Below are positions 17,800-27,814 of a stretch of DNA of 64,000 bases, piece after piece. The translations under genes were made by a program, and so were the position numbers. The stretch's first letter is position 1. Each line of letters starts with the position of its first letter. The notes below the pieces were generated by a model. The model saw only the letters and a program-made list of their open reading frames with translations. It was not told the DNA's origin and searched no databases. Location of the stretch: positions 65,771-129,770 of the forward strand of contig CALJVH010000010.1 in NCBI GenBank assembly GCA_937974645.1, given 5' to 3'. This DNA comes from an uncultured archaeon (GTDB taxonomy: Archaea; Thermoproteota; Nitrososphaeria_A; Caldarchaeales; Wolframiiraptoraceae).

Positions 17800-19371
17800 T
17801 TAGTGCTGCTTGTATTTGTTCTCTTTACCCTGCCGAGCTGGCTCCAAGTTAAATATAATAGTTTTGAGGACCATCATTTCTTCGATCGAGTATCCTATCC
17901 CCTCCCTACCTATTCCTGAGTCCTTGACTCCCCCGAACGGGAAGTATCCGACTCCGTGGCGCGGGAAGTCGTTTATGGTTACGGTTCCTACTTGAAGTAT
18001 CTTAGCCACCCTCCACATTCTGTAAAAGTTGTTTATGAACACGCAGCCGTCCAAGCCGTACCTACTCTTCGATGCTATTGCTATTGCCTCGTTCTCGTCT
18101 TTGACCCTAGCTATTGTCACCACGGGCCCGAAGGTCTCCTCCCACAGTATTCTGGCATCCAGTGGAACCCTGTCAAGAACCGTTGGCTCATGGTAGCAAT
18201 CCTTGTAATTCCCTCCTCTGAGCAACTTCGCACCCTTAGCCACAGCATCCTTCACTAGGGCATTGACCCTCTCAGCAGCAACCATGTTTATGAGTGGGCC
18301 CACGTTGACACCCTCAATTCTCGGGTCTCCAAACTTTATTTTATCTACTTCAGCTAACACCTTCTCTACGAATTCATCAGCCACCGACTCGACCACCAAT
18401 ATCGCGCTTATGGCATCACACCTCTGCCCTGCATTCCTGAGAGAACCGACCACGCATTTGTTAGCCGCTAGAGCTAGGTCTGCATCATCCAGAACGATCG
18501 CATACGCCTTTCCGCCAAGCTCTAGGTGAAGCCGCTTATTGGCCGCTATCCTTGCGATCTCTCTACCCACCGCCGTACTTCCGGTGAAGGATATCATGCC
18601 AACGTCCTCATGCGCTGCTATCCTTGCGCCAACAAGGCCCGGCCCCGTCACCACGTTGAGTGTTCCGGGCGGGATCCCCGCCTCATCAAGAGCTTTGGCA
18701 AGCAGTAACGGGCTTAATGGTGCGTCGCTAGCGGGTTTGAGGATGACCGTGTTTCCCGAAAGGAGGGCTGGTATGATCTTGGCTGCCGGTATATATAGAG
18801 GGTAGTTGAAAGGCCCTATGGCGCCTACTATCCCCACGGGTTCGCGGAGAACAATCGCTATTTTACCCCTCGTATCAGCGGACCAGTCGCCAGGCCTGTA
18901 CTCACCTCCGACCTTCGAGAAATCTTCCATTGTCATCTTCATTCGCTCAATGACAGCAGTTACCTCGCCGGCGGCATCCGCATAGGGCTTGCCGGCCTCA
19001 AGCATTAAAACGTTTACGAAGTCATTAAACCTCTCCTCAATTATCCTAGCGGCTTCGTGGAAAATCTCTATCCTGTCAATTGCCGCGATAGACCTTATCT
19101 TAGGCCTCGCATCGCGGGCTGCGCTAACGGCTGCATCTACGTCAAGCTCACCTCCCTTCTGGGCGTACGCCACAACATTATTATCAATGGGAGTATCAAC
19201 CGGAAATGTTTCTCCAGTCCGGCTTTCCACCCACTTCCCATTTATAAATATCTTAAAGACCGGCACCCCTTCCCCGTTAAGCTCGTAGAGATCGTTGAAG
19301 AACATGCTAAGTCTCAGACTGGGCCTGCCGAGCTGGCTTGACTCAAACATTTTCATTGCCTGCGTGCGCAT
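17800..19371 (-). CDS. gapN: Non-phosphorylating glyceraldehyde-3-phosphate dehydrogenase-like aldehyde dehydrogenase (GAPN)
   Basis: ALDH superfamily (catalytic ELGGK and GQRC motifs). The C-terminal INDFPRHGVGYFPFGGVKDSGIGREGIGYSIEE...KTIIFN closely resembles the archaeal GAPN C-terminus as I recall it from Thermoproteus. The start is ambiguous, with in-frame Met codons at 19371, 19356, 19350 and 19305. Confidence 0.7.
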   Translation of the reverse strand: MRTQAMKMFESSQLGRPSLRLSMFFNDLYELNGEGVPVFKIFINGKWVESRTGETFPVDTPIDNNVVAYAQKGGELDVDAAVSAARDARPKIRSIAAIDRIEIFHEAARIIEERFNDFVNVLMLEAGKPYADAAGEVTAVIERMKMTMEDFSKVGGEYRPGDWSADTRGKIAIVLREPVGIVGAIGPFNYPLYIPAAKIIPALLSGNTVILKPASDAPLSPLLLAKALDEAGIPPGTLNVVTGPGLVGARIAAHEDVGMISFTGSTAVGREIARIAANKRLHLELGGKAYAIVLDDADLALAANKCVVGSLRNAGQRCDAISAILVVESVADEFVEKVLAEVDKIKFGDPRIEGVNVGPLINMVAAERVNALVKDAVAKGAKLLRGGNYKDCYHEPTVLDRVPLDARILWEETFGPVVTIARVKDENEAIAIASKSRYGLDGCVFINNFYRMWRVAKILQVGTVTINDFPRHGVGYFPFGGVKDSGIGREGIGYSIEEMMVLKTIIFNLEPARQGKENKYKQH

Positions 19372-19441
19372 ATTCGTGACTTATATACCCTTCCTGCAAA
19401 TTCGCGTCAGCAGCTCTAAGAATTTTAGTTTCCTTTGATTA

Positions 19442-20400
19442 ATGAAGCTGACTTAGAGAGATTCTTGAAGCCCTTGAGGTGTGGGGGTTCTGAAATCCGG
19501 TGTGGATTGTAACATGGAGATGGTAAAGGAGTTGAGTGTAGGAAGTGGTGAGGTTTCTTCGCACCGGAGCTGATGACACTTGCCCCCATAACTTCCAGAT
19601 GGAGAGGTTGTTGAGGAGCCTGTGAAGGAAATGCTGGAGTTAAGGTCGCGAGCATGAGAGTTGCGGCGAGGGTCAGGCAGCATTTGGAAGCAAGGCCTAC
19701 CCTGAGAGATTCCTAGGATAAAGAACACATCACGGTGGGTAGCGTGAAAGGCGGACGGGGGATTACCGGGGGGATTACCGTAACTGCTAAGCTTGTCGTC
19801 GTTCTTTCTGAGGTAGGAGCCTCCGTCAGGATCTTTGATGCCGGCGTCCATGACTCAAGTCTTATGCGCTTTATACATTCCTATCGGTTTGATGCTGGAG
19901 AGAAGGAAAAACCATCTACCAAGGGCTTTGGGTTTGAAAATGATGTCAATGGATCTTCTCACTCATGGTGACACGCTTATTGTCTGGAGGGGCGCTGGTA
20001 GGTGGTGCTGTAAAGCGTATGCTGTCGGAGGTTGACTGGAATGAACTAGACTACCTCACCGTAAATCTCCACCTGATACCGGTGACTCATTCCTAACACC
20101 GTCCAAACAATATTGATGACAAGGCCATAATTGTTACGATCTCCAGCAGGCCTCTTTGGAAGATGCCATTAAAGCCTCGGAATGTTCCAGACGCTCAGGC
20201 TGCGAGCGGAAAACATCCTGGCAGAAGTAGAGGAGCAGGCCTATAATCTCAGAACCGGCATCCGAGGATACTAAGGGTTTCAGGAGCTTGGCGAGACACG
20301 CAACACTCAGCGTGTTAGCGGCTAGGAGGAATGTGAGATGAAGAATATCACTAGGAATCAGCTCATTGGTGGACAGACCTCGTCGGAGGACTTATAGCAA
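19442..20400 (+). pseudogene. Decayed Mrp/ApbC/NBP35-type P-loop ATPase gene (DUF59-like N-terminal part plus ParA-like ATPase), with multiple frameshifts and stops
   Basis: Recognisable pieces lie in different frames: ITVGSVKGGRGITGGITVTAKLVVVLSEVGASVRIFDAGVHDSS (degenerate GKGGVGK P-loop ... DAD.HGPS); LGLKMMSMDLLTHGDTLIVWRGA (G.KVMS...WRGP); VDWNELDYL then PPDTGDSFLT (W.ELDYL.IDLPPGTGD); DKAIIVT (AIIVTTPQ). They are interrupted by several stops. Confidence 0.75.
19757..19780 (+). repeat. Perfect 12-nt tandem duplication (gggggattaccg x2) inside the degraded P-loop of the Mrp pseudogene
   Basis: Read directly: gggggattaccg at 19757-19768 and again at 19769-19780. Confidence 0.9.
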
Positions 20401-20407
20401 AATCAGC

Positions 20408-21907
20408 TTACTGTATGCTCTTCTTTGCTAGAAGCTTGTTGATCGCGTTTATCATAGCCTCTACACTCGCCATCACTATGTCCTCTCTCGCTCCTCTTGC
20501 TGATATGAGGTTCCCGGTCTCATCCTCGACCTTGATTATTACCTCGGCGATCGCGTCGGAGCCTCCTGTAACCGCCTCAATCCTAAACTCCCGCAGGCTT
20601 ATTTTGGCGAGGCTCTGGATCACCTTCTGTATCGCCTTTAGCGACGCGTCGACGGGGCCCACTCCCGTCTCGGCTGAGGTGTATTCTTTCCCGAGCACGT
20701 TTAGCTTGACGGACGAGGTTGGTATGACGCCGGTCCCAGTCACCACTACCAGCTCCTCAAGGTTTACAGCCCTCATGCTCTCGATCGGCGCTTCGATCAC
20801 GGATCTGGCTATCGTGAGGACATCCGTGTCCGTCACCGTCTTACCCTTGTCGCCCAGCTCCTTAACTCTCTTAACTATCTCCTCGAGCTGGCTCTCCGTC
20901 GGCTTCAATCCGCCCTCCTCCAGTATAGTCTTTATCCCGTGCTTGCCCGCATGCTTTCCAGCGACTATCTTCCTGACCCTTCCGACGAGCTCGGGGCTGA
21001 ATGGCTCGAAAGCACATGGGTCCACGACCACGCCCTTCACATGTATTCCCGACTCGTGGGCGAAAGCATTATCCCCCACTATCGGCTTATGGGGCTGGAG
21101 CTGGATTCCTGTAAGCCTCTTGACGAGCTGGGATGTCGCATATATCTGCCTCGCATCAATATTCGTCCTCTTGCCGTATAACAGGGTGAGGGCCATAGCC
21201 ACCTCCTCCAAGGCGGCGTTCCCAGCTCTCTCACCTATGCCGTTTACCGTGACGTGAGCTTGAGCTGCTCCCGCCTCTATCCCGGCGAGGGTATTGGCCA
21301 CAGCTAGGCCGAAGTCATTATGGCAGTGGACGCTTATCGGAATCCTCACAACCCTCCTTATCTCAGATATCAGATCGTACATTCGCCTAGGAGTCATTAC
21401 GCCAACAGTGTCAGGTATATTGATCCGATCAGCTCCAGCCTCCTCAGCGACTCGGCAGACTTGCTTCAAGAACTCGAGGTCGGTTCTCGTCGCATCCATC
21501 GGCGAGAATTCGCATATGAAGCCATGATCCTTAACATATGAGACGTACCTTGAGATCCGCTCCAGAGCCTCCTCCCTACTCACTCCTAGCACATTCTTCA
21601 AGTGTATGTCACTGGTGGAGAAGAAGACGTGGATTGAGTCTGGCTCGACATTGATCGCGGCATCCACATCCCTCTGATCCGCCCTAGCCAGAGCGCATAT
21701 CTCAGCCCTGAGACCGGCCTCCATTATCAACTTGAATGCCTGCATCTCGCCCTCGGAAGCAACTGGGAATCCGGCCTCGATTATATCGACCCCAAGCCTA
21801 TCGAGCTGTATCGCCAGCTCTAGCTTCTGCTCCGGCGTCAGGCTCACTCCTGGAGTCTGCTCACCATCCCTAAGTGTTGTGTCAAATATTCTGATGATCT
21901 CGCTCAA
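20408..21907 (-). CDS. leuA: 2-isopropylmalate synthase (with C-terminal LeuA dimerisation/regulatory domain)
   Basis: IFDTTLRDGEQTPGV and HCHNDFGLAVANTLAGI. 499 aa including a C-terminal regulatory-type domain. Last gene of the ilvC-leuCDBA string. Confidence 0.85.
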   Translation of the reverse strand: MSEIIRIFDTTLRDGEQTPGVSLTPEQKLELAIQLDRLGVDIIEAGFPVASEGEMQAFKLIMEAGLRAEICALARADQRDVDAAINVEPDSIHVFFSTSDIHLKNVLGVSREEALERISRYVSYVKDHGFICEFSPMDATRTDLEFLKQVCRVAEEAGADRINIPDTVGVMTPRRMYDLISEIRRVVRIPISVHCHNDFGLAVANTLAGIEAGAAQAHVTVNGIGERAGNAALEEVAMALTLLYGKRTNIDARQIYATSQLVKRLTGIQLQPHKPIVGDNAFAHESGIHVKGVVVDPCAFEPFSPELVGRVRKIVAGKHAGKHGIKTILEEGGLKPTESQLEEIVKRVKELGDKGKTVTDTDVLTIARSVIEAPIESMRAVNLEELVVVTGTGVIPTSSVKLNVLGKEYTSAETGVGPVDASLKAIQKVIQSLAKISLREFRIEAVTGGSDAIAEVIIKVEDETGNLISARGAREDIVMASVEAMINAINKLLAKKSIQ

Positions 21908-21984
21908 TTCTGGAGCTTGCCAAGAGCGCGGGATAATTAAACCTTTACCTCGCGAGACTTATTGGATTAGTTCCCTTAACCTTT

Positions 21985-23016
21985 TTATGAAGACTCGATC
22001 TGACCTATCATCTCCGCAATTCTTGCACCTAGCTTAAGGGTTTTCGCGTTACCCCCAAGGTCGGGCGTCAAAAATTTTCCTTCTTCTAGGACTTTTACGA
22101 CGGCCTCGCTTATCAGCTTAGATGCTTTGAGGCACTTTTCATCTTTGTGCTTTGCCGCGAGCCACTCAAGCATCATAGAGGCTGAAAGTATCATTGAGAT
22201 CGGATTCGCGATTCCCTTTCCCGCGATGTCTGGAGCACATCCATGGACGGGTTCAAAAATTGCGTAATTATCCCCTATGTTAGCGGCTGGCGCTAAACCG
22301 AGTCCTCCCACAACTTGGGCGGCCTCATCTGAGAGTATGTCGCCAAACATGTTCGTCGTGACTATCACGTCGAATTGCTCCGGCCTTCTTATCAAGTCCA
22401 TCGCGGCCGCATCAACGTACATCTCCGAGTAGGCTACGTCAGGATACTCCTTCGCGATCTCTCTGCATGTTCTGGCAAAGAGGCCACATGTAATCCTCAT
22501 GACGTTCGCCTTATGGACTGCCACGACCCTCCTCCTTCTCCTCTTCGCGAGATCGAATGCGTATCTGGCTATCCGCTCGCACCCCCTCTTAGTTATCAGT
22601 CTGATGCCTATCGCAGCATCGTCGAACTCCCACTCGTATCCCTTATAGAGATCCTCGGTATTCTCGCGGACTATGACAAGGTCTATTTTCGGCTTGAGCG
22701 ACGGGACGTTTGGAAAAGATCTCGCTGGTCTAACATTCGCGTACAGGTCGAACATCTGCCTAAGCCTCACTATCACGTCTGCAGCTGTCTCTCCTACAGG
22801 CCCCTTCAAGCACGCGTGAGAACTTCTCAGAATCTGTATTGTCTCGTCGGGGAGCGGCGTCCCGGACCTCTCCATGCATCTGTCGCCGGCCTCGGCCTCC
22901 ACGATCTCCAGCTCCAAGCCGAGGATTTCCTTAAGTCTCGAGAGTATAAGGAGCGTTGCCTCGGCTTGCTCTGGCCCTATTCCATCTCCGCGTATTAGGG
23001 CTATCTGGTACCTCAT
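21985..23016 (-). CDS. leuB: 3-isopropylmalate dehydrogenase
   Basis: IRGDGIGPE, HKANVMR, NMFGDILSDEAA and HGCAPDIAGKGIANP, the canonical motifs. Confidence 0.85.
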   Translation of the reverse strand: MRYQIALIRGDGIGPEQAEATLLILSRLKEILGLELEIVEAEAGDRCMERSGTPLPDETIQILRSSHACLKGPVGETAADVIVRLRQMFDLYANVRPARSFPNVPSLKPKIDLVIVRENTEDLYKGYEWEFDDAAIGIRLITKRGCERIARYAFDLAKRRRRRVVAVHKANVMRITCGLFARTCREIAKEYPDVAYSEMYVDAAAMDLIRRPEQFDVIVTTNMFGDILSDEAAQVVGGLGLAPAANIGDNYAIFEPVHGCAPDIAGKGIANPISMILSASMMLEWLAAKHKDEKCLKASKLISEAVVKVLEEGKFLTPDLGGNAKTLKLGARIAEMIGQIESS

Positions 23017-23028
23017 GGGGGATCTCCG

Positions 23029-23523
23029 CTACTCGAGACCCAGCTTTTTCCTAACATATTTTGTGAGCCCGCCGGCGCTTATTATCTCGATTGCGAGCGG
23101 CGATAAGGGCTTCGCTTGAACTCTAATCTCCCTCGTCTTATTCTCTATTATGCCGCTAACCAAGTCTACCAAGAGTAGATCCCCATTGCTCGCCTTATCC
23201 CTTAGGCTCGCCTCGAGTATTGGGAGACCTATGTTGATCGCGTTCCTGTAGAAGATCCTCGCGAATGACTCTGCTATCACGCACTTAGTATTGGCGTGCT
23301 TCAGGGCTACCGGAGCCTCCTCTCTGCTAGACCCGCATCCGAAGTTTCTCCCCGCAACTATTATCACGCCATCCCTCGCCCTCTCGGGGAAACTCGGGTC
23401 CACGCCCTCCATCGCATGCTTCGCGAGCTCCGACGGCTCCTGAAGAACTAAGTACCTGCCGGGAATAATGATGTCCGTGTCGATGTTGTCTCCGTAGACG
23501 ACTGCCTTCCCCTCGACCTTCAT
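23029..23523 (-). CDS. leuD: 3-isopropylmalate dehydratase small subunit
   Basis: 164 aa aconitase swivel domain (GRNFGCGSSREEAP). Confidence 0.85.
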   Translation of the reverse strand: MKVEGKAVVYGDNIDTDIIIPGRYLVLQEPSELAKHAMEGVDPSFPERARDGVIIVAGRNFGCGSSREEAPVALKHANTKCVIAESFARIFYRNAINIGLPILEASLRDKASNGDLLLVDLVSGIIENKTREIRVQAKPLSPLAIEIISAGGLTKYVRKKLGLE

Positions 23524-23527
23524 CCCC

Positions 23528-24799
23528 CTAATCTACCTCCCTCGGATCCACTATCTTTCCTTTTATGGTCGACGCCGCCACAGTCGCCGGAGAGGCTAGG
23601 TAGACTTTCGACTTGGGGCTTCCCATTCTTCCGACGAAGTTCCTGTTCGCGGAGCTTATGCAGACCTCATCATCCGCTAAGACCCCCCTGCTGATCCCTA
23701 TGCATGGACCGCATCCCGGGCCGCATATTATAGCCCCGGCCTTAACGAATATCTCGATTAATCCTTCTTTGAGGGCTTCATGGTAAACTCCCTGCGATCC
23801 CGGAATTATCACTAGCCTAACTCCATCCTTCACCCTCTTGCCCTTCAGGACCTCGGCGGCGGCCCTGAGGTCGTCAAGCCTTCCATTCGTGCATGTTCCT
23901 ATGAAGCCCTGGTTTATCTCTACGTCACCGACCTCGCTCACAGGCTTCACGTTATCGACGGATGGATGGATCGCGACCTGCGGCTCCAGCTGAGATGCAT
24001 CTACCTCGTAGATTTTGGCGAACTCCGCGTCATCATCGCTTCGAACCGGGGTTATGGGCTCTCCAGCCCTCTCCTTCACGTATCGTATCGTCTTCTCGTC
24101 AGGCTCGACTATCCCGGCTTTCGCGCCGGCCTCTATGCTCATATTGCAGATCGTCGCCCTTCCATCTATCCCGAGATCCCTTATCGCTTGGCCCGAGAAG
24201 AGCATGGCCTTGTAGTTCGCCCCCTCGCTTCCGATCATTCCGATGATGTAGAGTATGAGGTCCTTCGCGTAGACCCGTCTCTGGAGCTTGCCATTGACCT
24301 CGAATTTCAGGGTTTCCGGAACCCTGAGCCAAATCGAGCCCGTCGCGAGGACGGCGGCCATGTCGGTCGCGCCGACCCCGGTGGCGAATGCTCCCAGCGC
24401 GCCATATGTTACTGTATGCGAGTCCGCTCCGATTATCAGCTCTCCCGGCTTGACGTGGCCCTTCTCGAGCATCACGACGTGGCAGACTCCTCCGCGCCCT
24501 ATGTCGTAGAAGTGCCTTATCCCCTGCTCCCTGACGAAATTCCTCACCTTCTTATGGAGCTCTGCGGCCTTTATCGTCGAGGGCGGGATATCGTGATCGA
24601 ATATGACGATGACTCTATCCGGATCCCAGACCCTCTTAACGCCTATCTCCCTGAATGAGTCTATGACCCTCGGCCCCGTCAGGTCATGCATCATAGCTTT
24701 GTCAACTCTCGCGTCAATGATCTGCCCCGGCGAAACCTCCTTCTCGCCGGATGCTCTCGCCAAGATTTTCTCAACGATGTTCAACTTGTAACCCTCCAC
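23528..24799 (-). CDS. leuC: 3-isopropylmalate dehydratase large subunit
   Basis: 423 aa aconitase-family catalytic domain with Fe-S cysteines (GTCTNGR, CGPGCGPCIG). Confidence 0.85.
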   Translation of the reverse strand: MEGYKLNIVEKILARASGEKEVSPGQIIDARVDKAMMHDLTGPRVIDSFREIGVKRVWDPDRVIVIFDHDIPPSTIKAAELHKKVRNFVREQGIRHFYDIGRGGVCHVVMLEKGHVKPGELIIGADSHTVTYGALGAFATGVGATDMAAVLATGSIWLRVPETLKFEVNGKLQRRVYAKDLILYIIGMIGSEGANYKAMLFSGQAIRDLGIDGRATICNMSIEAGAKAGIVEPDEKTIRYVKERAGEPITPVRSDDDAEFAKIYEVDASQLEPQVAIHPSVDNVKPVSEVGDVEINQGFIGTCTNGRLDDLRAAAEVLKGKRVKDGVRLVIIPGSQGVYHEALKEGLIEIFVKAGAIICGPGCGPCIGISRGVLADDEVCISSANRNFVGRMGSPKSKVYLASPATVAASTIKGKIVDPREVD

Positions 24800-24836
24800 T
24801 CATTGCTCCCTCTAGCTGGGGAGGGGTGAATTTTAG

Positions 24837-25823
24837 TTATTTTTCTAGGCTCGCCATTCTCCTGAGCTTTCTCCCGACGATTTCTAGCGGGTGGTTTTCA
24901 ATCTGCCTCATGAGCTTCCTTAGGGCTTCTCCGCTACTTTCATATTCCCGGATCCATTCTTGGGCGAAGCTGCCGTCCTTGACGCGCCTCGCCGCCGCTC
25001 TCATATTCTCCTTCACCCTGTCATCTATTATCTTCGGGCCCACCACCAGCCCTCCATACTTCGCGGTATCCGAGACCGCCTTCAGCATCCCGGTTAATCC
25101 ACTCCGATAGATCAGGTCTATGATGAGCTTGGCCTCGTTGCATGCCTCGAAGTATGCTAGCTCGGGCGGGTAGCCCTCCTCTACAAGGACCTCGAAACCT
25201 TTCTTTATCAGCTCCATTAGGCCCCCGACCAAAACCGTCTGCTCGCCTATGAGGTCGCTCTCCGTCTCATCTTTGAAAGTCGTCTCGAGGACGCCGCCCC
25301 TTGTCGCCCCTATCCCCTTGGCTATTGCGAGGGCTCTCTGCTTAGCTTTCCCCGTGTAATCCTGCTCGACCGCGATCAATGCTGGAACACCGCTACCCCT
25401 CAAGTAATTCTCCCTGACTATTGGGCCGGGACCCTTCGGCGCGACCATTATCACGTCAACATATCGCGGTGGAACCACTTGCTTATAGTGTATGCTGAAG
25501 CCGTGGGAGAAGCAGAGAGCCTTCCCCTCCGAGAGATTATCCTTGATGTATTTCTCGTACGCCTCTTTGTGAGCCATGTCAGGGATGAGCATGTAGATTA
25601 TGGTGCCTCTTCTCGCAGCCTCACTCATCCCGTAGACCTCGAACCCATCTTGCCCGGCGAGCTGCTGGGATTTTCCAGGCCTGCAGCCGATTATCACTTT
25701 CAGCCCTGAGTCCCTCAGGTTCAGCGCTTGGTTTCTGCCTTGGCTCCCATAACCTATTATAGCTATAACCTCATTCCTGAGAATCGAGATATCGGCATCC
25801 GCGTCAAGATATACCTGGGCCAT
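24837..25823 (-). CDS. ilvC: Ketol-acid reductoisomerase (class I)
   Basis: [19 protein letters not shown], and 328 aa as in short-form KARI. Confidence 0.9.
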   Translation of the reverse strand: MAQVYLDADADISILRNEVIAIIGYGSQGRNQALNLRDSGLKVIIGCRPGKSQQLAGQDGFEVYGMSEAARRGTIIYMLIPDMAHKEAYEKYIKDNLSEGKALCFSHGFSIHYKQVVPPRYVDVIMVAPKGPGPIVRENYLRGSGVPALIAVEQDYTGKAKQRALAIAKGIGATRGGVLETTFKDETESDLIGEQTVLVGGLMELIKKGFEVLVEEGYPPELAYFEACNEAKLIIDLIYRSGLTGMLKAVSDTAKYGGLVVGPKIIDDRVKENMRAAARRVKDGSFAQEWIREYESSGEALRKLMRQIENHPLEIVGRKLRRMASLEK

Positions 25824-25865
25824 GAATATTGGTTGAAGAAGGGCCGTCTAATAATATTTCCCCGC

Positions 25866-26336
25866 CTAGCTCTTTCTCGAGGTAGCCTGCTCGGGGCTTA
25901 CCTGAAATAGTTTATTGATTGGGAAGCCGATCGCGAGTAGGCTTAGAACGTACCAAGTAAGATAGTCTAACTTGTTGCCGATAAAGGGGAGTGACATGTC
26001 TCCGGGCAATGTTGCCACGGCCTCTGCCCCGCCATATAGCGGAGTTAATACGCCCAAGAAGGTTACGTAGAAGATCATTATGCTCACGAATAAGAGGATT
26101 ATATTCTTTTTCCCCACCTCCGCATCAATTTTCCGATAGTACTCCTGTTTTCGCATAAGCTTCTGCAACGTCTTCTTATCACCCTTTCTTTGCGCTTCGA
26201 GCAGCAACTTCCTATAGTTCCGGGACTCAGCCATCTTAGCCATGTCCTCGGGCGTCAGAATTATTCTCCTAAGCAAGGCCGTTGCCAGGCTCACCGCTAC
26301 AGCTATCAGAAGTATCTCCAGCATGGGCTGCCCCAT
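25866..26336 (-). CDS. DUF106 / EMC3-TMCO1-like membrane protein (archaeal YidC-like insertase candidate)
   Basis: 156 aa. TM helix, basic coiled segment (RKLLLEAQRKGDKKTLQKLMRKQEYYRK), then two TM helices. It occupies the conserved position after secY. Confidence 0.7.
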   Translation of the reverse strand: MGQPMLEILLIAVAVSLATALLRRIILTPEDMAKMAESRNYRKLLLEAQRKGDKKTLQKLMRKQEYYRKIDAEVGKKNIILLFVSIMIFYVTFLGVLTPLYGGAEAVATLPGDMSLPFIGNKLDYLTWYVLSLLAIGFPINKLFQVSPEQATSRKS

Positions 26337-26398
26337 CGGATCACTAGCGTATCTTGAAGCCCAAGGGGGATAATATACCCTTTTCCAGCGCTTGGCGG

Positions 26399-27814
26399 CT
26401 ATTCTCCAAGTAGCCTTCTAAAGATCGGGCTCATCTCCTCTAAACGCTCTCTTACTAGGAGCTCGTAGTACTGCATCAATATTCCTGTCATTAGAAGTAT
26501 CCCTATTCCCCCGCCGTAGACATTGAAGTAGTCTCCGAAGACCGCGATGAGACCAACTATTATCGCGCTCAGGATAGTTAGTGTTCGAACGTATTTCTCG
26601 AGTATCCTGGCGATTATCGTCGGCGCTCTCCTGAATCCTGGAACCTGCATCCCCGCTTTAATGAGCTGATCGGCGATGGTCTGCGGCGATAAGCCCCCCA
26701 CCTCGACCCAGAACTTCGCGAACAATATGCAGAGCCCGAGCATAAGTAGAGTGTATACGACCACTCTCATTGGATCGGCTACCGCCCCTGCTACGCTTCC
26801 AGGCGATGTTACGTAATATGCAAGGCCTCCGAGCGGAACTGGACCATGTTCTGTTGCGTTAAAGGCTCCAATTAGGTTTAGGATTGGATCTTGGTTCGCG
26901 GGATTGAACCTGCTCCAGATTATCGTGGAGAAGAAGTAGATGTTCGTAAAAACGACGGACGTGAAGATTACCGGAATGTTGGAGACGTAGAGGAACTTTA
27001 TTGGGTATCTGGCAACGTATCCAGAGACGCGGGCATGTTGTATCGGCACCTCTATTCTCAGCGACTCGAGGTAGACTATGAGGAAGAGTAGGACCATTGT
27101 GGTAATGAGGCCCATTAGGCCTGGAAACTGGCCTCTGTAAAAGAGATCTCCGATAGAGCCTCCGCCGGCGGCCGCCTGTCCAAGTGCTAGGATTATCCCT
27201 TGATAATAACCGTCCGGAAGCATTATCGGCGAGAATAGGTTAGTAAATATAGTCTCGGCAACCCCAGCGGCTATGAATAGGCTTACTCCGCTTCCAAGGC
27301 CCCAGCCCTTCTGTACCAGCTCATCCATGAAGACTATTAGCATCGTTGCCGCCACAAGCTGTATGAAGACTAATAGTTGGGTTCCGGGATCGAGCTGCCC
27401 TAGCATCCCTGAGACAGTATAGACCGCTGCCTCGATGAGAATCACGATTATTGTGAAAAGCTTGCTCAGAGCTGTGAAGGTCGTTCTATCCTCCGGCTTT
27501 GAGAGATCAAGCTTTATCAGCTGCGCTCCAACAAGCAATTGCAGGATTAACCCGGCTGTCACGATTGGGCCTATGCCTAGGGTCGTGAGGGTCCCGACCC
27601 TCTGGGCGAAGATTATGCTCATGATTAAGGGGCTTCGGCCCGCGAGCCCAGCTGCTTGGGTGACGCCATAGAGCATCGTGTGGCCCATGAGTGTGTATAT
27701 AATGAGAACTAGAGCTGTCCAGATCAACCTCTCCCCTAGACCCGGCCTTCTAACGGGCCTCTTAACCTCGGGAAGATATCGCGCAATATTCTCGATCGCT
27801 TGCCTTAGGCTCAA
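26399..27814 (-). CDS. secY: Preprotein translocase subunit SecY
   Basis: 471 aa polytopic protein. Canonical position after L15, overlapping it by 4 nt. Confidence 0.95.
   Translation of the reverse strand: MSLRQAIENIARYLPEVKRPVRRPGLGERLIWTALVLIIYTLMGHTMLYGVTQAAGLAGRSPLIMSIIFAQRVGTLTTLGIGPIVTAGLILQLLVGAQLIKLDLSKPEDRTTFTALSKLFTIIVILIEAAVYTVSGMLGQLDPGTQLLVFIQLVAATMLIVFMDELVQKGWGLGSGVSLFIAAGVAETIFTNLFSPIMLPDGYYQGIILALGQAAAGGGSIGDLFYRGQFPGLMGLITTMVLLFLIVYLESLRIEVPIQHARVSGYVARYPIKFLYVSNIPVIFTSVVFTNIYFFSTIIWSRFNPANQDPILNLIGAFNATEHGPVPLGGLAYYVTSPGSVAGAVADPMRVVVYTLLMLGLCILFAKFWVEVGGLSPQTIADQLIKAGMQVPGFRRAPTIIARILEKYVRTLTILSAIIVGLIAVFGDYFNVYGGGIGILLMTGILMQYYELLVRERLEEMSPIFRRLLGE

Noticed and set aside
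20415-21257. 280-aa ORF on the plus strand opposite leuA. Similar long antisense ORFs occur at 22375-22998, 23966-24658, 32329-32844, 34840-35379, 44023-44568 and 61333-61893.
   Set aside because: All lie antisense to genes with clear family signatures. Their translations are Ser/Leu/Pro/Arg-rich and low in complexity with no motifs. They are typical shadow ORFs of moderately GC-rich coding DNA.
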